Assembly (NCBI GenBank): GCA_043228905.1
Contig: JBHGNT010000018.1
Coordinates: forward strand, 12,524,001 to 12,588,000
DNA from: Azolla caroliniana
Lineage: Eukaryota > Plantae > Polypodiophyta
Length of the DNA stretch: 64,000 bases
Direction: 5' to 3'
Part shown: piece by piece, positions 35,747 to 48,796 of the stretch
Position numbering within the stretch: the first letter of the stretch is position 1
How the letters are laid out: the number at the start of each line of letters is the position of its first letter
Program-made: the position numbers and the translations under genes
Notes under the pieces: generated by a model
Told to the model about the DNA's origin: nothing
The model's input: the letters and a program-made list of their open reading frames with translations, nothing else
Database searches by the model: none

Positions 35747-38544
35747 TATTCTATACATGTGGATAAGTGTGAGGGTTAAACGAGAGTGTAAAGAAGGGGA
35801 GGATTACTTTTAATCCTCGGGATTGAGACAACCCATTAGGTCAAGTGTGAACTTGCCTGGGGGCCTTGGGTATCGCTATAAATAAGAGGCCTAACTACCC
35901 TCATTTGATCATCTTTTGACTACATCGAGACTCTGCTCTTGTGGTGGGTCAACTCTTGTAGCGAGCGCGCCAGCACCAGGTACGACTCGACGCCACGACG
36001 GTGGTATGGCACGTCGATCGAGGCTCGAGTCCGTCTCGATCCCTTCATTCGGGGGTGGTCGGGTGGATCGGCACCCTTCTTTCTCTCTCTCCTTTCTATC
36101 TATCATTAGTTTATCCTTATCTTAAGCTTACTTTAGTACCTAGATCTCTAATATTACTGGTGCCGCTTGCCGGTTCAGCAAGTTATATTCACATCGGTCC
36201 ATTGTGTGCGTCCTGGAATGGCATAACATGCATTGTGTCTGCATGGTACATTCTATTGCCGAGTGCCCGACATTGAGACAAGTCGTACATTGTGTAGCTT
36301 GCCGAAAACATAGGTCATCTTCTGTCGGTAATGTACGTTGGAGTGCCCCCATTGTTAGCCACGAGCTTGTTTTCTCCATCTCCCTGACCCGTTCTATGAC
36401 TTGGTCGATTGTGCTGGTGCGGAAATTGATCACTGCACATACCATACGCAGGGGTTCCCTGAGTGCAGCTAGGAATATTGCTTTCGCCTCTGCCTCCGGT
36501 GGTGCTCGATTGAGCTGACTGTGCATTCGTTGGAACCAGATTACGAATTGCTGAATGGTTTCTGTAGGTTCCTACCGTATGGTGTAGAATAGGCCGACCA
36601 TCTCCCGTTGATCCACCTCCTTGTGGAAGAACTATCAAAATGTGGTTTTTACATCCTCAAACATCGTGATGGTGCCGAGGGTGTGCGTCAAGCGCCATTG
36701 CGCGACTGGTCCTTCCAAGGTCATGCCGAACTCTGCAATCTTTGAGCGTTCTACTTCGGCGGCGGTCAAGCGTTGCGACACATGGTTTGCTTCCCATGTT
36801 TGCAGAAATGCATAGACATGAGCTTCTGCAACCGGATCATCCCGGTACTTGGGATATTGGAACGGCATGTCGTCGTCCGGTGTCAGAGGTCTCCCCTCCT
36901 CTTCCTTCAGTGTCGGGGGTCTTTGCTCCTCTTCTTTGGGTGTCGGAGGTCTTTGCTCCTCTTCTTTCAGTGTCGGAGGTCTTTCCTCCTCTTCTTGTGA
37001 TGATTCACGTGGCAGTGTCGGAAGTTGATCCGCCACTTGCCAGTCTGGGGCTTCCAGTTCCGTTAACTCTGGTTCTAGTGTCAGCAAGGTATTCGACTGC
37101 TCGTCCTCCGGTCCGTCTGGGTATTGTGGCTGCAACGGTAATTCGAATGGGCGCTTCATTCGCCGTCCGAATCCGATTCGAAGGCCGAGAATGGTTCCGA
37201 ATAGCCTCCCCCTGTCACTAATGCCTGCAGAATGGATTCCACGTCCTGGAGACTGCTCAAGTTGCTTCCTTCGTCCGAATGGGAATTCTGCTGCCCGTGG
37301 AGTGACTCTACGGCCACTCGTCGGATTACTTTGGAAAATGACCGATCCACACGGATCTCTTCTGCCGCCTGTTGGAAAGCCTCTCGCTTTCGCAATCGTT
37401 CTGCAAGTCTTCTTTCTCACTCCATAACTGGGTCGTTTGTTGGTCTAGTCATCCATGCCTGCCGTTGCTCGCTGCGTTTGTGCAGGAATCGTGGTTGCCA
37501 AAAACTATTGTACGTTTTAGGGTTAGGGTTAATATATTACTACGATGATTATTAATGATGATGATAGACATGGCATAATCGTGGAGATGATGAATGGTTT
37601 GATGGTGAGAGAGAACATGAAGAAGCAAGATGAGCATTGAGAAGCATTGCAGGGTGGAGGGTGGTGCCTAGAATGGCTCCAGCCCCCTCCCAAGGGGGTT
37701 CAACGTTAAGGGGAAGGAAGAGAGAGAGAGAGAGAGATGACAAGAGAGAGATTAAGAGAGAAATGTTGCTTCTTGTATTCATTCATTCTGACGGGAACTC
37801 AATGCTCCTTATGCAACGCTCGGCCTCGACCGAGCTTAGAATCATACACAGAAAACAAGAAATGGAAAACACGCGACACAAAGGAGAAGAAAAAATGTAC
37901 ACAGGATGTTTACGTGGAAAACCCAAACTAAGGGAAAAACCACGGCAGCCCACAAGCTGCAAACTATCACTATGTTAGAATGTACAACAGTGAGTTCACG
38001 GAAGCAACGACCTCGTGCTCACGATCTTCGCCACAGGCGGCCGGCGGTTACAACAGAGGCAACGACCTCTTTCTTTCTCTCTCTCTCTGTACACTGTTAC
38101 GCGCTCTCTCTTCTTCTTGCACCAACAAGAATAACAACCACTCCTAAAAGTTTGCCCTAAGTCATATTTATACTAATATGACTTTTCGGCTATCTACAAA
38201 TATAGCCATGATGGACTCTCAGAAACATATTTACGAATATGTCCCCTCATCCGGTGAGCACTTCTCACCGGGTCTGCACCATCCGGCTCTCCGTAACCGG
38301 GTACTCCTCATCCGGTTCTCACCGGGTCTACACCATCCGGCTCTCCATAGCCGGGTACTCCTCATCCGGTTCTCACCGGATCTGCACCATCCGACTCTCC
38401 GTAGCCGGGTACTCCTCATCCGATTCTCACTGGGTCTGCACCATCCGGCTCTCCGTAGCCGGGTACTCCTCATCCGGTTTGTTCATCGGCACTGTTCTTC
38501 TCCCTTCCCATCCGGAGGGACCTGTCTCCCAACAAACTCCCCCT

Positions 38545-41500
38545 TCACTCCGGCATGGGGTGTCTTACTAGTCCGATCCTCTTCCGGCATGCATCCAGCT
38601 TGTCGGGTATCAGCACTTTGGTTAGCATATCTGACCCGTTCTCGGCCGTGTGGATCTTCGTCAGTGCGAACTCTTGGTCATCTACTCTTTCCCGGATCCA
38701 GTGATATCTTCGCTGGATATGCTTCGTCCGGGAATGGTAGGCTGCATTCTTAGCAAGATGGATGGCACTTTGACTGTCGCAATAGAGTTGGTATTCATCT
38801 TGCCGGATACCGAGCTCTCCGATGAAGTCCTTCATCCATAATATTTCCTTGCGGGCTTCCACAACCGCCATGTACTCCGCCTCCATGGTTGACAATGCAA
38901 CCGTCTTCTGCAGCCTCGACTGCCACGAAACAACTCCCCCTGCATATGTCATTACATACCCGGATGTAGACCGGTTGGTATCCACATCAGCCGACATGTC
39001 CGAATCGGTGAAACCGTCAAGTTGAGGTTTTCCGGAGCCGAATCGGAGACACATATTTGAAATGCCCTTCAAATACCGGAGTATCCATTTGACCACGTTC
39101 CAGTGCTCCTTGCCGGGATTGCTCATAAACCGGCTCACCACTCCGACTGGGTATCCTATATCCGGTCGGGTACACACCATTGCGTACATCAAGCTCCCGA
39201 CGACAGAGGCATATGGAATCTTCATCATATCCGCCTTCTTTGCTTTCGTCTTCGGCCTTTGCTTACCGGATAGCCTGGAGTTTGCCAGAAGTGTCGATTC
39301 GACTGGTTTCGCATCTGACATGTTGAACCGGTGAAGCACCTTTGTCACGTACTTCTCTTGTGACAGCCATAATTTCTTCATTGACCGGTTCCGAGTAATA
39401 TGCATCCCCAGCATCTGTCTTGCCGGACCCAAGTCTTTCATTGAGAAGGTCCGGTTGAGAGCCTTCTTTAGCATCCGTATTTTGGCTTGGTCCCGTCCGA
39501 CGATCAACATGTCGTCCACGTACAGAAGCAGTATCAGGAAGTCGCCTCCTTCGAACTTCTTCACAAACACGCAGTGATCGGCCTGCGTCTTGTGGTACCC
39601 TTGATCGGTCATGAAGGAATCGAACTTCCGGTACCATTGTCGGGGAGCCTGCTTCAGTCCGTATAGGCTCTTCTTCAACCAGCATACCAGGTGCTCCTTC
39701 CCTTTCTCCACAAGTCCCTCTGGTTGCTGCATGTAGATCTCCTCTTCGAGGTCGCCGTGAAGGAATGCCGTCTTCACGTCTAGCTGTTCTACCTCGAGGT
39801 CCATGCTTGCCGCTATACTCAGCACCGTCCGGATGGAGGTCATCTTTACTATCGGGGCAAATATCTCATCAAAGTCCATGCCCTTTTTCTGTTGGAACCC
39901 CTTTACCACGATCCTGGCTTTGTATCTTGGGGGGTTGCCGGCATCTCCCGGTTTCAACTTGTACACCCACTTGTTTCGAAGTGCCCGCATTCCTTTCGGC
40001 AACTCCACCAATTCGTACGTATGGTTCTCATGCAGGGAATCCATCTCATCCTGCATGGCACTTAACCATTTGCGGCTGTGGGTGTCATCCTTCGCTTCTT
40101 CGAAGCTTTCCGGCTCCCCCTCATCGGTCAGCAGAACATGCTCTGCATCAGGAAATCTCCGGGGCGCCCTTCTCTCTCTGAGAGGATATCTCCGTCTTCG
40201 GGCTTCGGTAACCGGCTCCTCCATTTGCTCTTCATCCGAATCCGATTCGGGGTCTTGGCCGGTTCCGGTTTCAGCTTCCTCTACTTCTTCTTCAGCCTGT
40301 TCGGTATCCTCACTGTAACCGGCTGGTCCCTCGAGTGCTAACTGGTCTCTTGCCGGTTGGGTCTGCTCATCGTAGAGTCGATCCTTACCGGTCGACTCGG
40401 AGTTCGTTATCTTCTTCTCTGACTCCCAGTCGGCGAGTGTCTTGTCTTCCATGAAGATAATATCTCGACTCCGGAATACCTTCTCGTCGACCAGGTCCCA
40501 CACTCGGTAGCCGAACTCATCGTCACCGTAACCGAGGAATATGCATGGCCGGGTCTTTGGATCTAACTTTCCTCTCCGGTCCTTAACTACATGCACATAC
40601 GCGAGACACCCGAACACCTTCAGATGCCGGTAGGATACTTCCTTACCGGCCCAGACCCTCTGTGGCGTGTCTCCGTCCAAGGGTGCTGAGGGTGATCTAT
40701 TTATCACATATGTCGCCGTCGACAATGCCTCAGCCCAAAACTTCTTGGGTAGTTTTGCATGCGCTAGCATACTCCGGACCCTCTCCATTATGGTCCGGTT
40801 CATCCTCTCGGCTAGTCCGTTTAGTTCCGACGTCTTCGGCACGGTAAATTCGAGTCAAATTCCCTTCGAGCGGCAGTACTCCTCGAACTGCCCTCGGTAT
40901 TCTCCTCCGTTATCTGCTCGAACTGCCTTCAGCTTCCGACCGGCTGTGGTCATCTATGAACATCACGAAGTACTGCGCTCCGGCATGTGACTTCGTGTCT
41001 ACTTGACACACATCCGTATGCACCAACTCCAGTGGTGCATTACGTCTCATCGGTGGCCTTGGTCGGAAGGAGGTCCGGTTTTGCTTACCGGCCAGACAAT
41101 CAGTGCACTTCTCCAAGTGCACGTTCTTCATTGGAATGTGGTTATCGTCTGCAAGCCTCTTCATCCCCTTTTCGCTCATATGACACAGTCTCTTGTGCCA
41201 CAGCTCACCGGCAGCGTCGGATGCCAGGTTCACTTCTTTCGGACATAACCGGGCATTCATCAGGTACAATGTGTTGACCCTCCGGGCCCGAGCCACAATC
41301 AGGCTCCCTTTGCTGAACTTCATGACACCGTTCCGAATGCTACCCGTGTACCCTTCATCATCTAGGCGACCGACTGATATCAGGTTCAGACAAACCTCCG
41401 GAACGTGTCAGACATCCTTCAGCAGCAACTTGCATCCGGTTAGTGTTGTCAGCCACACGTCTCCTATGCCGACAATTCGGCATGTTCCTTCATTCCCCAT

Positions 41501-42505
41501 CCGGACACAGCCGTGATCACCGGCTGAGTAGGATGAGAAGCATTTCCGGTTCGGGGTAAGGTGGAATGACGCTCCGGAGTCGACCACCTAGGTCATCTCG
41601 TCGCCGGCAAGGTTTATCTCACTCTCCTCGGTGATGAGCATCAACTCTTCTTCACTTGCCGCGATTGCCATCGTCCCCTTCCGGTCCATTCCCCTCCGGT
41701 CATTACCGTTCCGGTCCGGGGTCCGCTTCGAATCGGTACTGTCGGTTTCCTTGTCTTTACGGAAATGCCGACAGTTCTTTTGGAAGTGTCCCGGCTTGCC
41801 ACAATAGAAGCAAGTAGGCCTCCCCCTTGACTTTGACCGTGTCCCCGACTTCTCCCGGTTCTGGGGACTACAGTTTCTCTGTCTTCCGCGTTCCGATTCG
41901 GTAAGGAGCGCTTTGGAGTCGGAGCTCGTATCTTTATCTTTCCGACGCGCCTCCTCATCTAGCAAGCTCGACTTTACTCTTGCTAGGGATAACCGCTTTC
42001 CTTCTGGTTCGACGTTGCCCAAAGTGACAACCAACGTCTCCCAGCTATCTGGGAGGGAACCGAGCAGGAGTAGCGCTAGTACCTCGTCGGCGAGAGGTAC
42101 TTCCAATGATGTTGCCTGGTGTATCAGCCCCTGGAAGGCATTCATGTGCTCCGCCATGCTGGAGCCATCTTGGTACCGGAGTCTTACTAGCTTCCGGAAT
42201 ACTGAAACCTGATTAATAGCATTTTTGTTTTGAAACATTATGCCGATCTTCTCCCAAAGCTCATGAGCCTTGCTCTCCTCACTGAAGTTGTTGTACAGAC
42301 TCATGTCGATGAAGCACCGTATGTACGCCGTTGTCTTCATGTTCATCACCTCCCATATCGCGGCGTCGATTTTGTCCGATCTCTTGTCCCCGAACTGAAC
42401 CGGCAGCCAGAGGTCTTTAACCACGAGCATGTCCCTCATCTTCGACTTCCACACCGAATAGTTGGAGCCGGTGAGCTTGAACATGCCTCCTAACAATTCG
42501 TCCAT
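38545..42505 (-). pseudogene. gag-pol: Copia gag-pol with stops and an ~86-bp frameshifting deletion in integrase
   Basis: gag 41588-42505 (CFYCGKPGHFQKNC); IN-RT-RH 38545-40842 still open (LLLYVDDML, TDSD, HSRTKHI); deletion at ~40940 relative to the intact copy. Confidence 0.93.
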
Positions 42506-43005
42506 TTTCTGTGTCGTTTCGCTCTAATACCACTTGACGGGAACTCAACGCTCCTTATGCAACGCTCGGCCTCAACCGAGCTTAGAATCATACACAGAAA
42601 AGAGGAAACGGAAAACACGCGACACAAAGGAGAAGAAAAAATGTACACAACATGTTTACGTGGAAAACCCAAACTAAGGGAAAAACCACGACAGCCCACA
42701 AGCTGCAAACTATCACTATGTTAGAATGTACAACAGTGAGTTCACGGAAGCAACAACCTCGTGCTCACGATTTTCGCCACAGGCGGCGGTTACAACAGAG
42801 GCAACGACCTCTTTCTCTCTCTCTCTCTCTCTGTACACTGTTACGCGCTCTCTCTTCTTCTTGCACCAACAAGAATAACAACCACTCATAAAAGTTTGCC
42901 CTAAGTCATATTTATACTAATATGACTTTTCGGCTATCTACAAATATAGCCATGATGGACTCTCAAAAACATATTTACGAATATGTCCCTTCATCCGGTG
43001 AGCAC

Positions 43006-43327
43006 TTCTCACCGGGTCTGCACCATCCGGTTCTCCGTAACTGGGTACTCCTCATCCGGTTCTCACCGGGTCTGCACCATCCGGCTCTCCGTAGCCGGGT
43101 ACTCCTCATCCGGTTCTCACCGGATCTGCACCATTCGGCTCTCCGTAGCCGGGTACTCCTCATCCGATTCTCACCAGGTCTGCACCATCCGGCTCTCCGT
43201 AGCCGGGTACTCCTCATCCGATTCTCACCGGGTCTACACCATCCGGCTCTCCGTAGCCGGGTACTCATCCGATTCTCACCGGGTCTGCACCATCCGGCTC
43301 TCCGTAGCCGGGTACTCCTCATCCGGT
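43006..43327. repeat. 54-bp tandem repeat in LTR U3 (6 copies; 4 copies at ~38263-38479)
   Basis: Unit TTCTCACCGGGTCTGCACCATCCGGCTCTCCGTAGCCGGGTACTCCTCATCCGG; seen as 18-aa periodicity in the ORF track. Confidence 0.95.
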
Positions 43328-43609
43328 TTGTTCATCGGCACTGTTCTTCTCCCTTCCCATCCGGAGGGACCTGTCTCCCAACACATTCCCCATAAGGGGT
43401 TAAATAGGTACAAAAGGGTAGATACACAAGGGTGCAAGCCCCTTGGGCATTCACACCTAACCACTCACTCACACCTCTTTGTATCCACCACACTCACACT
43501 TACATTCACACTCATAATCGTATAACATTACACATACATATCAACACATTACATCTTTCACCCTCACTTATCACAGTTATCAATCACACGTACGTCTTGT
43601 ACGGTAACA

Positions 43610-45625
43610 CAAGAGTTGAATTTCTGGTACCATTGCCGGGGAGCTTGCTTCAGTCCGTATAAGCTCTTCTTCAGCCGGCACACCAAGTGCTCCTTCCCTT
43701 TCCTCTCAAATCCTTCTGGTTGATGCATGTAGATCTCCTCTTCGGGGTCATCATGGAGGAATGCTGTTTCACGTCCAGCTACTCTACCTCGAGGTCCATG
43801 CTTGCCGTTATGCCCAATACCGTCCGGATGGATATCATCTTTACTACCGGGGCAAAGATCTCATTGAAGTCCACTCCTTTCTTCTGCTGGAAGCCCTTCA
43901 CGAAGATTCGGGCCTTATACCTTGGTGGATTTCCGGCATCTCCCGGTTTCCGCTTGTACACCCACTTGTTCCGGAGTGCCCTCTTTCCTTTCGGTAACTC
44001 CACCACTTCGTATGTGTGGTTCTCATGCAGGGAATCATCTCATCCTGCATGGCACTCAACCACTTGCGGTTGTGGATGTCTACCCTTACTTCTTCAAAGC
44101 TTTCCGGCTCCCCCTCATCGGCTAGCAACACATGCTCTGAATCCGGAAATCTCCGGGGGGCTCTTCTCTCCCGGAGAGGATATCTCTATCCTTTGTTTCT
44201 GACTGCTGGTTCCTCCGTCAGTTCCGAATCCGAATCCAATTCGGGATCTTATCCGGTTCTAGTGTCTTCTTCTTCTTCATCTTTGGTCGGTTCGGTTTCT
44301 TGTCCAAATCTGGCCGGTTCGTCGAGTGTCATCCGGTTACCGGCTAACATCTGGCTTTCAACCGGGTAGGTCCTTGTGTCCTCCAGCCAGTTTTCATTGG
44401 ATGATCCGGAGTTGGTCATCTTCTTCTCTAACTCCCTGTTGGCCATGGTCCTATCTTCCATGAAGACTATGTCCTGACTCCGGAATACCTTCTTGTCGAC
44501 CAGATCCCACACCTAGTAACCGAACTCATCGTCGTTGTATCCAAGGAATATGCATGGCTGGGACTTCGGGTCCAGCTTTGCTCTCCTGTCCTTCGCCACA
44601 TGCACGTATGCGAGACACCCGAACACCTTCAGATGCCGGTAAGATATATCTTTGCTGGTCCATACCTTCTGAGGTGAGTCTCCTCCCAAGGGTACTGAGG
44701 ATGATCTGTTTATCACATAGGCCATCGTCGTCAGCACCTCAGCCCAAAACTTCTTGGGTAATTTGGCATGTGTGAGCATGCTCCGGACTCTCTCCATTAT
44801 GGTCAGGTTCATCCTTTCAGCCAGCCTGTTTAGTTTTGGCATCTTCGGCACGGTAAACTCGAGCCAGATTCCCTTTGACCGGCAGTACTCCTCGAACTAC
44901 CCCCGGTATTCTCGTCCATTATCTGCTCGAACCGCCTTCAGGTTCCAGCCGGTTTTTCTTTCCACTCTCGCATGGAGCTCATTGAAGACGGATAACACTT
45001 GGTCCTTCGTCTTCAACGGTGAGACCCATAGCTTCCAGCTGTGGTCGTCTATGAACGTCACGAAGTACTGCTATCCGGCATGTGACTTCGTGTCGACTTG
45101 ACACACATTGGTATGCACAAGCTCCAATGGTGCATTCTGTCTCATCGGTGGTCTTGACCGGAAGGAGGTTCGGTTTTGCTTGCTGGCTAAGAAATCGGTG
45201 CACTTCTCAAGATGCACGTCCTTCACTGGAATGAGATTGTCATAAGCAAATCTTTTCATCCCCTTCTCACTCATGTGACACAATCTTTTGTGCCACAACT
45301 CACCGGCAGTGTCGGATGCTACATTTGCTTCTTCCCGGCATATCCGGGCATTCATCAAGTACAATGTGTTGATCTTCCGGGCTCGAGCCACTATTAAGCT
45401 CCCTTTGCTGAACTTCATAGCTCCGTTCCGGATGCTACCCGTGTAGCCTTCGTCATCTAGTCGACCGGCTGATATCAGGTTCAGTCGAACCTCCGGAATG
45501 TGTCAGACATCCTTCAGCAGCAACTTGCATCCAGTTGATGTCGTCAACAACACATCTCCTATGCCGACAATTCGGCATGTACCTTCATTCCCCATCCGGA
45601 CACAACCATGATCACTGGCTCTGTA
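43610..45625 (-). mobile_element. Third, older fragment of the same copia lineage (end of PR, integrase, start of RT)
   Basis: Minus fragments MKFSKGSLIVARAR, AERMNLTIMERVRSML, LPKGKRALRNKWVY; cut at 43609 by the gypsy LTR. Confidence 0.9.
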
Positions 45626-47287
45626 GAACACAAAAGCTAATGTGTGCGACAACGAGACTGAGCAAACCTCAAAAAGCAAAGACATGGGCCAATTGGGCCA
45701 AGCGGATCCAAAAGATGTGATCACAAAATCTAACAAGGATAATACTAGCGTAGAAGTCATGGTCAACTCCAAAGTATACCACGAAAGTAGAAAATGTGAG
45801 AAGCATGAAATGTGTTCACTTAAGGACCTCAAGATGAGCATGCAGTTGAAGAATGAACCACTAAGAGTACTCAACAATAGTATTTCGATAAGGCCTTTGA
45901 AAGGCATGCATGGAACAAGAAAGGATGATAAAAGAAAGTTAGATGACCAAGGAGATGGCCGAGACGAAGGTGGCATGTGCACGAGGTGTGAAGCATTATG
46001 CTCAAGAGGAGCAAAGAGAGCCATGACAAACAATCATGGAAATGCAAAAACTAACCGAAGAATATGAAGGATCGGATGGCAACGGTGGTTCGGGTATAAA
46101 GAACAAACATCGATGAAGTAGAATAATCAAAAGAGGAACCTCACTACAATTGGCACATACCGGTGGATGTGCAGGTTTGGTGGGGGTGAATGTCATGTGG
46201 TTTTTCACACATGATATGAAAACTATGTAAAAAAATAATAATGAAATAATTATTTTAGATTAGATTAGTGGCTTGTTATAGAAATATGAATGTACTCAAG
46301 AGCTTCAAAATGCATTTTACTACATATCAAATACACAACTACATATCAAGTTATGTGACCATGAAGTTTCAGAAAATAGGGAAAATAGAACTATGATTTA
46401 TACCACATAGATAGGAAACTTAAGGCTCCAGCTATATAAGCACATTGAGATCCCTCATTTTTCATCTATGTGTCAAGAGCACAAAGAAAATAGTTGGACT
46501 TGAGCCACTTTGTCTAGATGGATAAATGTGGCTAAGTTCTAGGAACCGGCCGTCAATCAAAGCGGAACTGGTTGGCAATCAAAGCGGAATTGGTTGGTCA
46601 TCAAAGCGGAACCAACTGGTTATCAAACTGGAACCGGTCGGGCATCAAACCGGAACTAGCAAAATCAGCAATCGGATGGAGCCGGAAACAGGGCAGAGCC
46701 GGCAACCGGGAATCGGCTACCGAACAAAACCGGTGATCAGGCAGAACCAACGACCAGACGAGGCTGGACAAGGATCAGATGAATTGGATGGGCGGCGATT
46801 GAGACGAACGGATGATTGGATCATGCAGCGAATTAAAGTAAAGTAAAGAAAACTAAAGTAAAGGCCATGTGGACAGTCGCATGCATCTAAAAGAAAAAGC
46901 CATGCAACTAAAAATGGATGCAACTAAAAGTGGGCATACAAAGTAACATTGAAGGCGATGATCAACGGAGAACTCTATATATATTCCATTTTTTTTTCCT
47001 ACACTCATGCTCTCTCTCCATTTTTTATTTTCTTTTCCTTCTTAGCTCCCTTATCTTATCGGAGCCATAACACTCAAAAACCCTAATCTTCCCTACGGAA
47101 ACCATTCAACTCAAAAACCCTAATTTCTTATCGAAACTCAAAAAACCCTAATTTTCCCTACAGAAGCCATAACACTCAAAAACCCTAATTTCCTTACGGA
47201 AGCCATATCTCTCATATACCCTAATTTCCTTATGGAAGTCATATCTCTCATAAACCCTAATTTCTTATTGAACTAAAAAACCATAAT
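45626..47287 (+). mobile_element. 3' internal region, PPT and truncated 3' LTR (from 46191) of a tRNA-Trp-lineage gypsy
   Basis: GGTTTGGTGGGGGTGAA then TGTCATGTGGTTTTTCACAC at 46191; LTR colinear with solo LTR 23246-24732. Confidence 0.8.
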
Positions 47288-47349
47288 TTTCTCACTGGGT
47301 CCTCTATATTCATCACCGGATCCCATTCGGAGAGACCGATTTCCCAACA
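47288..47349 (-). mobile_element. ~60-bp 5'-end remnant of a copia LTR
   Basis: Reverse complement TGTTGGGAAATCGGTCTCTCCGAATGGGATCCGGTGATGAAT nearly matches the start of solo LTR 4220. Confidence 0.85.
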
Positions 47350-48796
47350 TTCTTCACCAATTCTTTTCCTCTTATATTCGACAAGAGCTTCATAGTTGTC
47401 ACACACAACATCCACAAAGCTTGTGTTATCGTCGATTAGATCCGACCATCCGGTAACTCGTTGCACATTTCGATCAACAAGTTTTAGATCCTCCAAATCA
47501 ATTTTGCCTTTTTTCTTGCACTCGAAGACTGTCAGCCAAAACCCAACTCCTGGCTTGATTGTCTTTAGATTCTCTCTTCCAACTCGTATCCTGGCCGTTG
47601 CAACATAGTGCATAACTTCCACATGCCTTGCATCTTCCTCTTCCACAGTCTTTTTCAACCCACCTCTTCCAAAGTTCACTCGTAGTGGCTTCCGGGTCTC
47701 GCTCGAGTGGATCATATTGCCATCCAAATAGACGACGTTCTTGCAAATTGCATCTTGCAAGTTAGCGCACTCCCTTCGTGACTACTAGAAGTTGTCGCAC
47801 CACACGCATCTAAACGCTTCTTTTCCCTTGGGCCTGCGTCGACCTAAGTTGGCCAGCAATACCACTTCAAACTTTTTGGAGAGCTCTTCGATTATAGAGT
47901 CCTCCATCGCCTTCTTGTCGACATTGTTGATCGGCTTGCTAGGTTCGAGCGTCGCAACCGCCTTCCTCCTCCATGATCATGGATTCTCCATGTCAGTTTC
48001 CTCTAGCCATTGTCGACGCTTATCAAGGCGGCTACAAGCCTTCTTCACCAGCGACTAGTATGCTACCAAGCCATTTGGTTGCGTTTCATCATCCAAAAGG
48101 TTGCCCAATTCTCGACAGTCTTTCATATCCTCCAAAAGGTTGCCCAATTCGTGACTATGTGCGGATCATGAGGCAGAATTGCTGGGGTTATGGACTGGAA
48201 GGAATTAGAGCTCACCCGTACAACACAAGCAAGATTTACACAAAAGACACATTGATGAAACAAAACATTAGTTTATTGCAAAATAATATATTCTTTTATA
48301 ATATAAGAATTGTGTTACAACGGGTTGGATATGAAAATGAGAGATTTTTTTTGAAAGAAAGGATTCGGCCACCATATAAGGAGTGGTTTGATATGAATAT
48401 GAGAGATTGTTTTCCCCCAGGAATGGAGAGAAAGAAAAAAACTAGAGAAAAAGAGAGAGGAATATATATGGAGTCCTTGATGTTCAATTCCATGCATCCA
48501 CACATGACCTTACTTTAGTTGCATGGCCTCTACTTTTAGATGCATGTGTCCACACATGACCTTTACTTTAGTTGCATGGCCTCTACTTTTAGATACATGC
48601 ATCCACATATGACCTTTTCTTTAGTTACATGCGATCTTCTGTATAATTCGGTCTCATGATCCAATCATTCATAAAGTTCGGCCCGTGCATGATCCGTATG
48701 TGCGTCCACAACGGACCCACGATGGACCCGTGCGTGTGTCCCGACCGAACCTTGCAAGCATCCGTACATGCGTCCGTGACCGACCCGTGTGTGCGT
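47350..48796 (-). mobile_element. Rearranged gag fragment (47350-48150) and partial LTR (48151-48796) of the tRNA-Trp gypsy family
   Basis: Minus ORF KNVVYLDGNMIHSSETRKPLRVNFGRGG is nearly identical to the + gag at ~51040; the LTR part matches 8016-8700. Confidence 0.85.

Larger units (their letters stand above)
32019..36153 (+). mobile_element. Gag-less chromovirus derivative (4135 bp); LTRs 32019-32473 and 35699-36153
   Basis: 455-bp direct repeats with roughly 15 substitutions by eye; iMet-type PBS TGGTTTCAGAGC at 32476-32487; PPT AAAGAAGGGAG before 35699; no TSD. Confidence 0.92.
37789..43383 (-). mobile_element. Full-length, mildly degenerate Ty1/copia (Tnt1/Tork-like); 3' LTR 37789-38534, 5' LTR 42535-43383
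   Basis: TSD CATTC (37784-37788, 43384-43388); PBS GCTCTAATACCA at 42521-42532; PPT at 38535-38549; protein closely similar to the ORF at 51932-56005. Confidence 0.96.
30787..43609 (-). mobile_element. Degenerate Athila/Tat-like gypsy (5' LTR 37509-37788 + 43389-43609, gag, PR; 3'-truncated), host to two insertions
   Basis: On minus the LTR reads TGTTACC...GTACA, followed by TTTTTGGCAACCAC (PBS-like). Gag homologous to 21080-23240; protease IVDGGSGVNVI; 33-bp repeats encoding EEEQRPPTLKE at ~36880-36995. Confidence 0.85.

Noticed and set aside
38178-38753. Repeat-protein ORFs here and at 42922-43525
   Set aside because: They are translations of the 54-bp LTR tandem repeat, open in several frames on both strands.
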